Made by a program: the position numbers and the translations under genes. Positions 26,091 through 35,253 of a stretch of 64,000 nucleotides of DNA are shown here, piece by piece. Each line of letters begins with the position of its first letter. Position 1 is the stretch's first letter. Under the pieces are notes generated by a model, which had not been told where the DNA came from, did no database searches, and saw nothing but the letters and a program-made list of their open reading frames with translations. This stretch comes from Acidimicrobiales bacterium (GTDB taxonomy: Bacteria > Actinomycetota > Acidimicrobiia > Acidimicrobiales > SZUA-35). The DNA is taken from positions 1,488-65,487 of the forward strand of contig JBLINY010000014.1 of assembly GCA_047638695.1 (NCBI GenBank), read 5' to 3'.

Positions 26091-27347
26091 TTGGTGTTCG
26101 TGGCTACTGACGTCTATGACCCGCGTACTTTTCTCAGCGGCATTCCCTTTGACGAGTTCACCCGGCGCCGCCGCGAGGCGCCGGTGTCGTGGTGCGAGGA
26201 ACGAGCCTTCGACCAGTGGCCCGCTGGGCCGGGGTTCTGGGGTGTCTTCCGCCACGCCGACATCACGACGGTGAACCGCAACCCCGAAGTGTTCAGTTCG
26301 TCCGCCGGAGCCACCCAAGTCCGCGATGTGGGTCCGGAAGATCTTCCCTTCGTTCAGCAAATGATGCTGAACATGGACCCACCGGACCACACGCGTCTGC
26401 GGCGAGTCATGAGTCGCTCGTTTACACCGAGGGCCGTGCAGCGTCTGAGCGAAAGTATCGAGAGCCGGGCCAGGCGTCTCGTCGATGAGGTGAGCGCTCT
26501 TGGTCGATGCGACTTCGTCAAAGGAGTGTCGGCTGATCTCCCGGTTGCCACATTGGCCGAGATCATGGGAGTGCCCCACGACGACCGGCACCTTCTCTAC
26601 TCCTGGGCCAACCGGGTCATCGGGTACCAGGACGACGACTATGCCGAGTCGGCGAAAACAAGTGGCGATCAGCCGCCACCGAATCCACGATCTCGGGCCG
26701 CCCTCAGCGACATGTACGACTACGCCGATGCCCTGGCTGCGACCAAGATCGCCAACCCCGGCGATGACTTGTTGTCCGTGCTCCTCCAGCACGACACCGA
26801 CGGTGAGTCACTGACGGTTGAGCAGTACCAGAACATGTTCTTTCTGCTGTCGGTGGCGGGCAATGAGACGGTGAGGAACGGTCTTCCCGGCGCGTTGTTG
26901 ACGCTGATCGAACACCCCGAGGCGATGGCTGAGCTGCGATCCGATCGGTCGCTGATGGCCACGGCCGTCGATGAGTTACTCCGCTTCACTCCCCCGGTCG
27001 TTCATTTTCGACGTACAGCGGTACGTGACACCGAACTCGGGGGTCAGGCCATCGGCGTCGGAGAGAAAGTCGTGGTGTTCTACGCTTCTGGGAACCGGGA
27101 CGAGGATGCCTTCGATGACCCAGATCAGCTTCGCCTCGACCGCGATCCGAATCCCCATCTTTCCTTTGGGGCCGGCGCCCACCATTGTCTCGGTGCCCAC
27201 CTGGCCAGGATGCAGATGTCGGCCATGCTCAACGCCGTACTCGATCGATGGGACGACATCGCCCTCGAGACCCAGCCTGTCCGGCTGACCTCGAGCTTTC
27301 AGGCCGGATTCAAGTCGATGCCCATTACTTTTCGGAGCCAACCATGA
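26091..27347 (+). CDS. Cytochrome P450
   Basis: 418 aa. The I-helix reads LLSVAGNETV, the EXXR motif reads ELLR, and the heme loop reads FGAGAHHCLGAHLAR. TTG start. Confidence 0.9.
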   Translation: MVFVATDVYDPRTFLSGIPFDEFTRRRREAPVSWCEERAFDQWPAGPGFWGVFRHADITTVNRNPEVFSSSAGATQVRDVGPEDLPFVQQMMLNMDPPDHTRLRRVMSRSFTPRAVQRLSESIESRARRLVDEVSALGRCDFVKGVSADLPVATLAEIMGVPHDDRHLLYSWANRVIGYQDDDYAESAKTSGDQPPPNPRSRAALSDMYDYADALAATKIANPGDDLLSVLLQHDTDGESLTVEQYQNMFFLLSVAGNETVRNGLPGALLTLIEHPEAMAELRSDRSLMATAVDELLRFTPPVVHFRRTAVRDTELGGQAIGVGEKVVVFYASGNRDEDAFDDPDQLRLDRDPNPHLSFGAGAHHCLGAHLARMQMSAMLNAVLDRWDDIALETQPVRLTSSFQAGFKSMPITFRSQP

Positions 27348-28069
27348 GCAACCAGACAACGCCGACCCTCCTCTGCCTGCACGGTATGGCGTGCTCGGGT
27401 GCGGTTTTCAACCTGTTCGCCGACGCCTGGGCCGGGCCGATCGTGGCGCCCGACCTTGCCGGCCATGGTTCGGCGGCACGGCTCCCCACCTACGGGATCG
27501 ACCGCTATGCCTCCGATATCGAGGCTCGCTTCCCCGAGCTGTTTGCGGAGCCTGCCGAGCTTGTTCTCTTTGGCCATTCAATGGGTGGGGCAGTGGCCCT
27601 CGAACTGGCCCGCACCCATTCGGTGCGAGCAGTGTTGGCGATCGGGGTGGTGACCGTCTGGGAGCCGGAGCGCGTTGCACAAATGAGTTCGGTTGCCGAC
27701 AAGAGGGTCCGTTGGTTCGATGATCAGGAGGCAGCCGAGGCGTGGTTCCTCAAGGTGAGCGGGATGTTCGGGCTCATCGACGTTGGCACCACCATCGCTG
27801 CGTCGGGCGTAGTCGAGGATGACGGCCGGTGGCGGCTGCGGGCCGACCCGGAGACCTATCGGAGTGGTCCGCCGCCCTCGATGGCCGACCAGCTGGCCGA
27901 CATCGAGTGTTTGGTCCGCCTCGGACGAGGGGGGAACGACGAGATGGTTCCCGTCGAGCAGGTCGCTCCGTACGATTCCAACTTCATGAGCGTCCCCGGT
28001 GCCGGCCACAGTCCACATGCCGAGGTGCCCTCCGACCTAGCAGCGGCCATCACCGCTTTCATCTCTTAG
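27344..28069 (+). CDS. Alpha/beta-fold hydrolase
   Basis: The ATG at 27344 overlaps the P450 TGA (ATGA). Motifs LLCLHGMACSG, nucleophile elbow LFGHSMGGAVA, and a C-terminal GAGHSPH. Confidence 0.8.
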   Translation: MSNQTTPTLLCLHGMACSGAVFNLFADAWAGPIVAPDLAGHGSAARLPTYGIDRYASDIEARFPELFAEPAELVLFGHSMGGAVALELARTHSVRAVLAIGVVTVWEPERVAQMSSVADKRVRWFDDQEAAEAWFLKVSGMFGLIDVGTTIAASGVVEDDGRWRLRADPETYRSGPPPSMADQLADIECLVRLGRGGNDEMVPVEQVAPYDSNFMSVPGAGHSPHAEVPSDLAAAITAFIS

Positions 28070-28093
28070 CTTCGGCGGCCGGTTCTCTTCGCG

Positions 28094-29164
28094 TTAGCGG
28101 CCAGGCGTCGTAGCGTCAGCGACGAGACCAACAGCCTGTTCAAGATTGCTGATCCGATCGGCCACTGTCTTACCGGTGACGCCCAGCCGCAACGTGTTCA
28201 CTCCGGCCTCCTGGTAGGCCCGGATCCGGTCGCTGACCATGCCCTCGTCGCCGATCAGATTGGCGGCCAGCACCATTTCATCCGGTACAGCAGCAGTAGC
28301 TGCGGTTTTGTCTCCCCCGACCCATAGCGATTGCACCTCGGCTGCGGCATCGGCGTACCCAGCTCGACTGTAGGCCGCGTTGTAGAAGTTGGTCTTGGCC
28401 GACCCCATGGCGCCGAGCACGAACGCCATCGACGGTCGATATCGCTCGATGAGTCCGTCGATATCGCCCGAGACCTCGAAGGCGCCACCGACTTGGAGGT
28501 CGATGTCGGCCAAGGATCGGCCAACTCGTTCGGCTCCCGCAGCGATGGGATCGAAGAAGATGTTGGCGTGTTCGGGGATGAACGAGGTCCCCAGCCACCC
28601 GTTGCCGGCTTCGCCGGTGAATTCCAGTGACTTGGGACCCAGCGTCGCGAGGTAGATGGGCAGGTCTGGCTTGGGAGGACACCCCAACTTGAGAGCTTTG
28701 CCCTCGCCACCCGGCCGAGGCAGCTCGTAGTGCTGACCGTCATAGACGATCCGCTCACCGTCGATGGCCATCCGAACGATTTCGGTGTATTCCCGAAGTC
28801 GGCCGAGCGGCTTGGCGAAGGCAGCTCCGTGCAGCCCCTCGACGACCTGCGGGCCGCTGACGCCGAGACCGAGGCAGAAGCGGTCGTTGCTGATCATGGC
28901 CATGGTCAGCGAGGTCATCGCCGTCATGGCCGGAACGCGGGCGCTTATTTGCATGATGCCGGTGCCGAGTTTGATGTTGTCGGTGACGGCAGCGAGGTAG
29001 GCCAATGGCGCAATGGTCTCCATCCCCCATGCTTCGGCCGACCACGCGAAGTCGACGCCAAGGGAATCGGCGGCTGTTGTAATGGCAACGGTGTCCTCGA
29101 ACGGCGCGCCGTCGTAGTAGGCGTTGCCGATCTGGATGCTGGTGCGAAGGGGTTGCGGGCTCAT
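28094..29164 (-). CDS. LLM-class F420-dependent oxidoreductase
   Basis: 356 aa. It is a clear paralog of 2812..3849 (AWSAEAWGMETIAPLAYLAAVTDNIKLGTGIMQISARVPAMTAMT...RFCLGLGVSGPQVVEG). Confidence 0.85.
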   Translation of the reverse strand: MSPQPLRTSIQIGNAYYDGAPFEDTVAITTAADSLGVDFAWSAEAWGMETIAPLAYLAAVTDNIKLGTGIMQISARVPAMTAMTSLTMAMISNDRFCLGLGVSGPQVVEGLHGAAFAKPLGRLREYTEIVRMAIDGERIVYDGQHYELPRPGGEGKALKLGCPPKPDLPIYLATLGPKSLEFTGEAGNGWLGTSFIPEHANIFFDPIAAGAERVGRSLADIDLQVGGAFEVSGDIDGLIERYRPSMAFVLGAMGSAKTNFYNAAYSRAGYADAAAEVQSLWVGGDKTAATAAVPDEMVLAANLIGDEGMVSDRIRAYQEAGVNTLRLGVTGKTVADRISNLEQAVGLVADATTPGR

Positions 29165-29976
29165 TACTGGAAGTCAGCCTTGCGCTTCTCCCGGAGGGCC
29201 CGAGCACCCTCAGCGGCGTCGGGGCCGAGGAAGCTGAGCATCTCAAAGGCAAGGCTGGCGTCGAACGCTGGCGCTGCCTGCTGAAGCCAGAGGTTCAGCG
29301 ACCGCTTGGTCCAGCGAGCAGCATCCTGGGGACCGGTGGCGATCTTGTTTGCGACCTTCATGGCTTCGTCCATCAGCTGGTCGCCGGGGACTGACTTTGA
29401 GACCAGGCCGATTTCGTCCGCGGTCTTGCCGTCGATGAAATCGGCGGTAAGCAAGTAGTACTTGGCTTTCGCCATGCCGCACGCAAGCGGCCACAGGATG
29501 TTGGCGTGGTCGCCGGCCCCGACACCGAGTCGTAGATGACCATCGGTGAATTTCGCTTCCTCGTCAATGATGCTGATGTCAGCCATGAGGGCAACGGCCA
29601 GCCCAGCACCGACGGCTACGCCGTTGATGGCCGAGATGATGATTTTCTCGCAGCTCATCATCTTGTAGACGATGTCGCCTGCTTCTTTGAGCACGTTGCG
29701 AATCACCGAGTAGTCGCCGGCCATGCCTTCGATCCACTCGAGGTCGCCGCCGGCGGAGAATGCTTCGCCGGCGCCGGTGACGACCACGACTCTCGTGTCG
29801 TCATCATCATGGATGTCGTCCCACACCCGGCTCAGGCTGTAATGGAGCGGTGCATCCGTGGCGTTGAACACTTCCGGTCGGTTCAAAGTGATCAGGAGCA
29901 CGCCGTTCGGATGCCGCTCGAAAAGGAGTCCGGGATGCTTCGCTGCGTAGTCAGGAGGTGAGGTGTTGTCTGCCAT
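29164..29976 (-). CDS. Enoyl-CoA hydratase/isomerase (crotonase) family
   Basis: ATG at 29976 (MADNTSPPDY...). Motifs LNRPEVFNA, VVVVTGAGEAFSAGGDL, and IISAINGVAVGAGL. Its TAA overlaps the start of the downstream LLM gene by 1 nt. Confidence 0.85.
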   Translation of the reverse strand: MADNTSPPDYAAKHPGLLFERHPNGVLLITLNRPEVFNATDAPLHYSLSRVWDDIHDDDDTRVVVVTGAGEAFSAGGDLEWIEGMAGDYSVIRNVLKEAGDIVYKMMSCEKIIISAINGVAVGAGLAVALMADISIIDEEAKFTDGHLRLGVGAGDHANILWPLACGMAKAKYYLLTADFIDGKTADEIGLVSKSVPGDQLMDEAMKVANKIATGPQDAARWTKRSLNLWLQQAAPAFDASLAFEMLSFLGPDAAEGARALREKRKADFQ

Positions 29977-30077
29977 CCGCAGATGATGGCCGGTGCCTGC
30001 GCGATTGGCCAACGCCCGGCGCCTACGATTCACGAAGACCAAGCGCCGAACCCGGACCCGAACCAAAGTGAGCACCG

Positions 30078-30614
30078 TTGTCTGAACAGACAGAAACCGA
30101 GCATGGCTGGCTGTCCGAAGACGAGATCGAGATAGCTCGCGAGCGAATGCCCGTCATCTATGTCGAAGCCGTGCCGGTGCGCATCGATGAGAGCGGCCGA
30201 GTTACCCATGTAGGGCTCTTGCTTCGCGCCATGCCCGACGGCACGATCAGTCGGGCCATTGTGAGCGGCCGAGTCTTGTGGGGCGAGCGAGTCCGCGATG
30301 CATTGGTTCGTCACATCGAGAAGGATCTGGGGCCCCTTGCCCTGCCGAAGGTTCCGGTGAGTCCAACGCCGTTCACGATCGCCGAGTACTTCCCCGATCC
30401 GTCAGTCTCGGGATTCCATGACCCACGGCAGCATGCGGTGAGTTTGGTGTATCTCGTCCCGATCGAAGGCATCTGCGAGCCGTCTCAGGAGTCTCTCGAG
30501 ATCACGTGGATCACGCCGAACGAAGCAGTGTCTCCCGAGGTTCGGGCCGAGATGACTTCGGGCCATGACCGACTTGTCAGACGAGCCCTCGCTCACGCCG
30601 GGCAGCTCCCCTAA
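30078..30614 (+). CDS. NUDIX-fold protein with a degenerate Nudix box
   Basis: 178 aa. GRVLWGERVRDALVRHIEKDLG aligns to Gx5Ex7REUxEExGU, but RE is replaced by RH and EE by EK. TTG start. Confidence 0.55.
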   Translation: MSEQTETEHGWLSEDEIEIARERMPVIYVEAVPVRIDESGRVTHVGLLLRAMPDGTISRAIVSGRVLWGERVRDALVRHIEKDLGPLALPKVPVSPTPFTIAEYFPDPSVSGFHDPRQHAVSLVYLVPIEGICEPSQESLEITWITPNEAVSPEVRAEMTSGHDRLVRRALAHAGQLP

Positions 30615-30650
30615 CTCCGTCTCCCTTCGTTTAGCACCGTCGCTGGCCGG

Positions 30651-31238
30651 TTACTGCTGGAGGTCTGCTTCGACGTCGATCTGAAGGTCGATCTTGTTGC
30701 CGATCACCAGAACACCTTTGTTGTCGGCAACCTCGAAGTCGGCACCAATGCCGAATTGGGTTCGTTCGATTGTGGTTGAGGCGCTGAAGCTCATCTTCTG
30801 CTGGCCGCCCATGGGGTGATGTACGGCCCCCAGAAACTCGGTGTCGAGAACGACTGATCGGCTCGTGCCTTTCACCGTCAGGTCGCCGGCAATGTGCCAA
30901 CGTCCGTTCTCGGCCGGCGTAACCGACGTGCTCACGAAGGTGATCTGCGGGTGGGCTTCGACATCCAGGAGCATCTCGCCCCGGATCGTGTCATCGGCCT
31001 GGGGGTGGGTGGTGTCAACGCTGGCTGCCTCGATGGTGACCCGCACCGTCGACTGTGATGGGTTGTCGGTAATAACGATGGTTCCCGATTGTTGGCGGAA
31101 TCGGCCTCGCATCAGGGTCAGCAGATGCCGGATCCCGAAGCCCGTATGCGTATGAAGCCCATCCAACTCCCAGGTGCCGGCGATCGGAACGATGCGGCCC
31201 TCAACGATGCGGGTGAGAGGTGGTAGCTCGTCGCTCAT
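30651..31238 (-). CDS. YceI-family protein
   Basis: ATG at 31238 (MSDELPPLTR...). WELDGLHTHTGFGIRHLLTLMRGRF...ITFVSTSV...GDLTVKGTSRSVVLD is the YceI pattern. Confidence 0.85.
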   Translation of the reverse strand: MSDELPPLTRIVEGRIVPIAGTWELDGLHTHTGFGIRHLLTLMRGRFRQQSGTIVITDNPSQSTVRVTIEAASVDTTHPQADDTIRGEMLLDVEAHPQITFVSTSVTPAENGRWHIAGDLTVKGTSRSVVLDTEFLGAVHHPMGGQQKMSFSASTTIERTQFGIGADFEVADNKGVLVIGNKIDLQIDVEADLQQ

Positions 31239-31265
31239 GGAAGCCGACGATAGCTTCGACGGCCG

Positions 31266-31865
31266 ATGGCCACTTCCATTCACAAACGAAGCTATGACTG
31301 CGAAGCGTTCGCTGAGGACGAGAATCTGATGCGGGTACGCGGACATCTCACCGATGACAAACCCCAGGGTTTGGGATTGGCCGACGGCGAGTCTTTGGTC
31401 ATTCATGAGATGACCGTCGATCTCATGGTGAAGATGCCGGAGTTCGAGATCGTCGGGGTCGAGACGGACATGCTCGTCCGGCCCTATGAGATGTGCACCC
31501 ATGTGCTTCCCGACTACCAACAGCTGGTGGGCCTATCGATCACCCGGGGGTATGCCAAGAAGGTCCGAGAGCTGTTCGGCGGACCCGGCGGGTGCTCGCA
31601 CATGGGAGCCCTCCTCGTAGCGATGGGGCCGGTTGCTATCCAGGCCAGCTGGAGTTTTGCGACCCTTCACGAAGATCCGGCCGACGGAGTGAAGGGCGAC
31701 CCAGATCCGGATGCCCTCGAGCGGCGCCTACAAATGAACGCCAATACCTGTCACGTTTGGGTTGAGGACGGGCCGCAGATGACGGCAGTCCAGATGGGTA
31801 CCGACCCCTTGCGGCCAGAGTGGGAAACCGAACGGCTCCAGAAGCTCGGTGTCCTAGGAACCTGA
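31266..31865 (+). CDS. DUF2889-family protein
   Basis: 199 aa. HEMTVDLMV...PYEMC...GGPGGCSHMGALL is the pattern I associate with DUF2889. Its 3' end overlaps the convergent DUF1501 gene by 12 nt. Confidence 0.65.
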   Translation: MATSIHKRSYDCEAFAEDENLMRVRGHLTDDKPQGLGLADGESLVIHEMTVDLMVKMPEFEIVGVETDMLVRPYEMCTHVLPDYQQLVGLSITRGYAKKVRELFGGPGGCSHMGALLVAMGPVAIQASWSFATLHEDPADGVKGDPDPDALERRLQMNANTCHVWVEDGPQMTAVQMGTDPLRPEWETERLQKLGVLGT

Positions 31866-33863
31866 TCTCGAGACGAACTCGTCGCTCTCGCTGAAGTTCA
31901 CCATCAGGCTGCCGCGAGTAAGGCCGGAACGTAGCTGGGTCTTCCAGTAGCCCAGACCATCGGAATCGGGTGGTCGCTGCATGACGTTCTGGTAAACGAG
32001 CCGGACGAAGGCGTCATCGTTGAGGATGCCGTATCGCTCGCGGAACTCGGGTGTGTCAGCGAATGATGAACTGATCTGTTGCAACGGCAGACCGGTAGCC
32101 AACCAGTAGTGAAGGCCCTCTTCGTCAGCCTCTCGTAGAAAGTACGCTCGGTACAGTCGAGCGACCGGCCCGTTGCTCTCCGCCTGATTGATGCGAACTC
32201 GGGTGCCATCGATGAACTCTTGGGACTCTGAGAAGCCGATCATCACCCGGCCCCGCGAGTCTCCGGTGGCCAACCGACCGGCCCAGTAGCTGAGCCCTGC
32301 GCTATCGGGATCGCGACCGAGAACGTTGCGGTAGACCAGCTGTACGAAACCCCGGTCGTCGAGGCTGCCGTAGCGGGATGCGAACTCGGGCGCCTTGGCG
32401 AACGCCTCTGAGACATGGGCCAGACTGCGGCCTCCAGACATCTCGCGTTGCCAGTAGGTCAACCCCGAGTAGTCGGGTAAGCGGAGGAAGTACGCCAGGT
32501 ACAACCGAGAAAGCTGGAGTCGTTGGGTGGCGATGGTGCTTGGTGTCGAGCCGTTGGCGCCCGGCGTGGCGAAAGGGCCGCTGAGAAAGCCGAGGTCGCC
32601 GAAACTCTGACCGACGATGCCCGAACCATCCGCCTTCAGCCAACTGTCGAGCACGTTGCTGTAGACGTTCCGATAGTCGACGGCGGTGCGGATGTTGCCC
32701 CGGTTGTCGGGATTGGCGAGCGAAGGAATGCCGCCGTAGAAGCCGCCCTTCACCCCCGCCCCGACAGCAAGCCACGTGTTGGCAGCTCCATGGTCGGTAC
32801 CAGCCGAATTGTTGGGCTTGATCCGACGACCGAACTCCGATGCCGCCAACACCATTGTTCGACCCGCGAAGGCAGGCGAGAGGGTTTGGTAGAAGGCGGC
32901 AAGCCCGGTCTCGAACTCGGCCATGCGCTCGTTGTGCATGCGCGGTTGGTTGGCGTGGCTGTCGAAATCACCGAACATGACGTGGAAGACGCGAACGCCG
33001 AGGTTGGCATTGATGAGCCGAGCGGCCAGCGTGAGCTTGGTCGAGAGCTCGCCACCGGGGAGTTCGCCGCTGTATGCGTCGCCAAGCCGGCCAGCGACGA
33101 GCAATGCCTCGCTGCCGTTTGCGGCCAGGGCATCACCCCATGGTCCGAGGCCAGTCGATCCGGCGCTGGCTCCAATGGTGTGAAGCGCTGCGTACTGCCG
33201 CTGCGACCACGGTTCTGTGTCGGCTTCGAAGAGCCCTCCCTGATAAGAGGGCAGGGCAAGCGCCTGACGCTGTTGGCCCCGCATGACCAGTGGCACGTTC
33301 CTGCCAATAGCCACAGCGTGGAACGGGTCGTCGCCGCCTGGAAGGCCATCGACATAACGACCGAGCCAGCCCGATGTGGCTGAACCAGCTGCCGATGAGC
33401 CGTGCATGATGCGGCCCATCGAGGTGAAGTGACTGAGGTCGGGACTGGGATGACCAACACCTTCGATGATGGCAACGTTGCCCTGCTCCCAGTGGGCCTT
33501 CAGCGTCACCAGCGACGGATGTAGCCCTCGGTGAGGGCTCAGGGGCAGAGTCGAGCTGGCGGGGATGGCAAGGTTGCCTCGCTGGCCGTAATAGGTGCCA
33601 TCAGCGATGGGAACCACCGTGTTGAGGCCGTCGTTGCCTCCGACCATGGTGATGACAACTAGCACCCCATCTGAGGGGCCGAGCGGCACCGCGGCCGCGG
33701 CCTGATCGGCCAGCCATGTCGGCATCATCGACAGGGCCGTGGCCGCGCCGGCTGTCTGCAGGAACCGTCGCCGTTTCAGGCTGGCCGGGTCTCGGGGGGC
33801 TGGGGTCGAGAGAGCATCGACGACATCGCCGGTTGTCGGATCGAGAGCGGAGAAACGAGTCAT
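31854..33863 (-). CDS. DUF1501 (sulfatase-like) protein with a Tat signal and C-terminal DUF4214 repeats
   Basis: The ATG at 33863 overlaps the DUF1800 stop (ATGA). Twin-arginine signal LKRRRFLQTAGAATALS. The DUF1501 core contains HGDFDSH-like MFGDFDSHANQ and SEFGRR..NNSAGTDHG. The tail has repeated ...YWQREMSGGRS...VYRNVLGRDPDSAGLSYW... units. Confidence 0.8.
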   Translation of the reverse strand: MTRFSALDPTTGDVVDALSTPAPRDPASLKRRRFLQTAGAATALSMMPTWLADQAAAAVPLGPSDGVLVVITMVGGNDGLNTVVPIADGTYYGQRGNLAIPASSTLPLSPHRGLHPSLVTLKAHWEQGNVAIIEGVGHPSPDLSHFTSMGRIMHGSSAAGSATSGWLGRYVDGLPGGDDPFHAVAIGRNVPLVMRGQQRQALALPSYQGGLFEADTEPWSQRQYAALHTIGASAGSTGLGPWGDALAANGSEALLVAGRLGDAYSGELPGGELSTKLTLAARLINANLGVRVFHVMFGDFDSHANQPRMHNERMAEFETGLAAFYQTLSPAFAGRTMVLAASEFGRRIKPNNSAGTDHGAANTWLAVGAGVKGGFYGGIPSLANPDNRGNIRTAVDYRNVYSNVLDSWLKADGSGIVGQSFGDLGFLSGPFATPGANGSTPSTIATQRLQLSRLYLAYFLRLPDYSGLTYWQREMSGGRSLAHVSEAFAKAPEFASRYGSLDDRGFVQLVYRNVLGRDPDSAGLSYWAGRLATGDSRGRVMIGFSESQEFIDGTRVRINQAESNGPVARLYRAYFLREADEEGLHYWLATGLPLQQISSSFADTPEFRERYGILNDDAFVRLVYQNVMQRPPDSDGLGYWKTQLRSGLTRGSLMVNFSESDEFVSRSGS

Positions 33864-35152
33864 GCGAGCTGGAACTCCGGCGTCAGGGGGACGAGGTAGA
33901 GCAGACCGGGGCGCTCGGCCCACGGCGATCCTGCCCGACTCTCCTCGACGTAGTTGCGTAGGGCAGAAACGGTGACGGCCGAAGGTTCGTAGATGCCGTG
34001 CATCTCGAGGGCGGCGCTCACGGCATCGGCGACCGAGAGGTCGGAGCTGTTGGCCAAATTGTTGGCTTTCACTCCCCGCCATCGAAGAGAACTGGCGAAT
34101 TGGCTCTTGCCCCACATGCCGGGCGCTGAAATCCAGTAACTATTGCTTTTCCAACCCGAAACATCGGGTGGCGAGAACGGTTCTTGGCCCATCGACTCCA
34201 GTGTCCACTGGGGGTTTGCTTCGTCGCAGTTGAGCCCGCTGGCGCGCATGCCAGCGACGGCGTACTCGACGGGGCTGCGAACCAGCCCTTGTTTTGCCTT
34301 CGTCGAGCGGAACTGTGGGTGTAACAAGATGGCCCGAATGAGCGCCGTGATATTCATGTTCGAAGCCCGAAAGGAGGCCGCTACCGCCTCGACTACCTCG
34401 GGCTCAGGGCTCGGGTAGGCCAGGAATGACCATAACTTCTTGGCCAAGAACAGCGAGGTCTGGGTGCGAGGCGGTCCATCAATGAGGTGACTGATGATCG
34501 CCGACCCGTCCCAATCGGCGGTCACGCCCATGAAGGTCTTGGCGTCATTGTCATGATCGGCCGCCGTGAATTCGTAGGCGCCGGTGTCCTCGTTGACCCC
34601 GTGGCCGGTCCAGGCCCGGGCCGAGGCCTGTACATCGTCCTCGGTGTAGTGCCCGACGCCGAGAAGGAAAAGCTCCATGAGCTCGCGGGCGAAGTTCTCG
34701 TTCGGGCTGCCAGCGACGTTCTCGTTGTTGTCGAGATAGACGAGCATTGCCGGCTGATGAGACGTCAGCTGGATGAGGGAGTTCAGATCGCCCATGCCGT
34801 GGATGCGGAACAGCTGGTTCTGCTCGAACATCATCTGATGGTTGCTCACTTTCTGCATCGAACTGCAGAGGTGACCGTGCCAGAACAACACCATCTTCTC
34901 TGCAATCGGCGCAGGCGATGTACGGCAGCGCTCGAGCCAGAAGTGCACCATGTCGACGTATTTTTCGTACCAACCGCGGTTGGGATCGAGGTTCGGCACG
35001 TTCTGGCTCACCGGTGGCGCGGCGCTGGTGTTGAGCACAGCCTCAACCGCTGCAGGCCAGTCGAGCGGTGTGAGAGCGTTGATTTCGGCGCGGGTGCCGC
35101 CGAATCCGACTCGTCGCAGCAGGTGCGCTATGTCGGAGAAGGACGAAGGCAT
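33860..35152 (-). CDS. DUF1800-family protein
   Basis: 430 aa. MPSSFSDIAHLLRRVGFGGT...FWHGHL...NENFARELMELFLLGVGHYTEDDV is typical of DUF1800. It is paired with DUF1501, as in other genomes. Confidence 0.8.
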   Translation of the reverse strand: MPSSFSDIAHLLRRVGFGGTRAEINALTPLDWPAAVEAVLNTSAAPPVSQNVPNLDPNRGWYEKYVDMVHFWLERCRTSPAPIAEKMVLFWHGHLCSSMQKVSNHQMMFEQNQLFRIHGMGDLNSLIQLTSHQPAMLVYLDNNENVAGSPNENFARELMELFLLGVGHYTEDDVQASARAWTGHGVNEDTGAYEFTAADHDNDAKTFMGVTADWDGSAIISHLIDGPPRTQTSLFLAKKLWSFLAYPSPEPEVVEAVAASFRASNMNITALIRAILLHPQFRSTKAKQGLVRSPVEYAVAGMRASGLNCDEANPQWTLESMGQEPFSPPDVSGWKSNSYWISAPGMWGKSQFASSLRWRGVKANNLANSSDLSVADAVSAALEMHGIYEPSAVTVSALRNYVEESRAGSPWAERPGLLYLVPLTPEFQLA

Positions 35153-35253
35153 GGTGGTTCTATCGACTCAGGCAATAGGCAAACTTGAGGGGCGCACCGA
35201 TAGCTTCTGATTAGCTTCGGCGTGCCCCGGGCGAGTGTGAGGAGCGTGCACCC

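Noticed and set aside
25827-26792. 321-aa minus-strand ORF
   Set aside because: It is antisense to the P450 and to the end of the hydrolase-like gene. It has no recognisable motifs, while the plus-strand genes have clear signatures.
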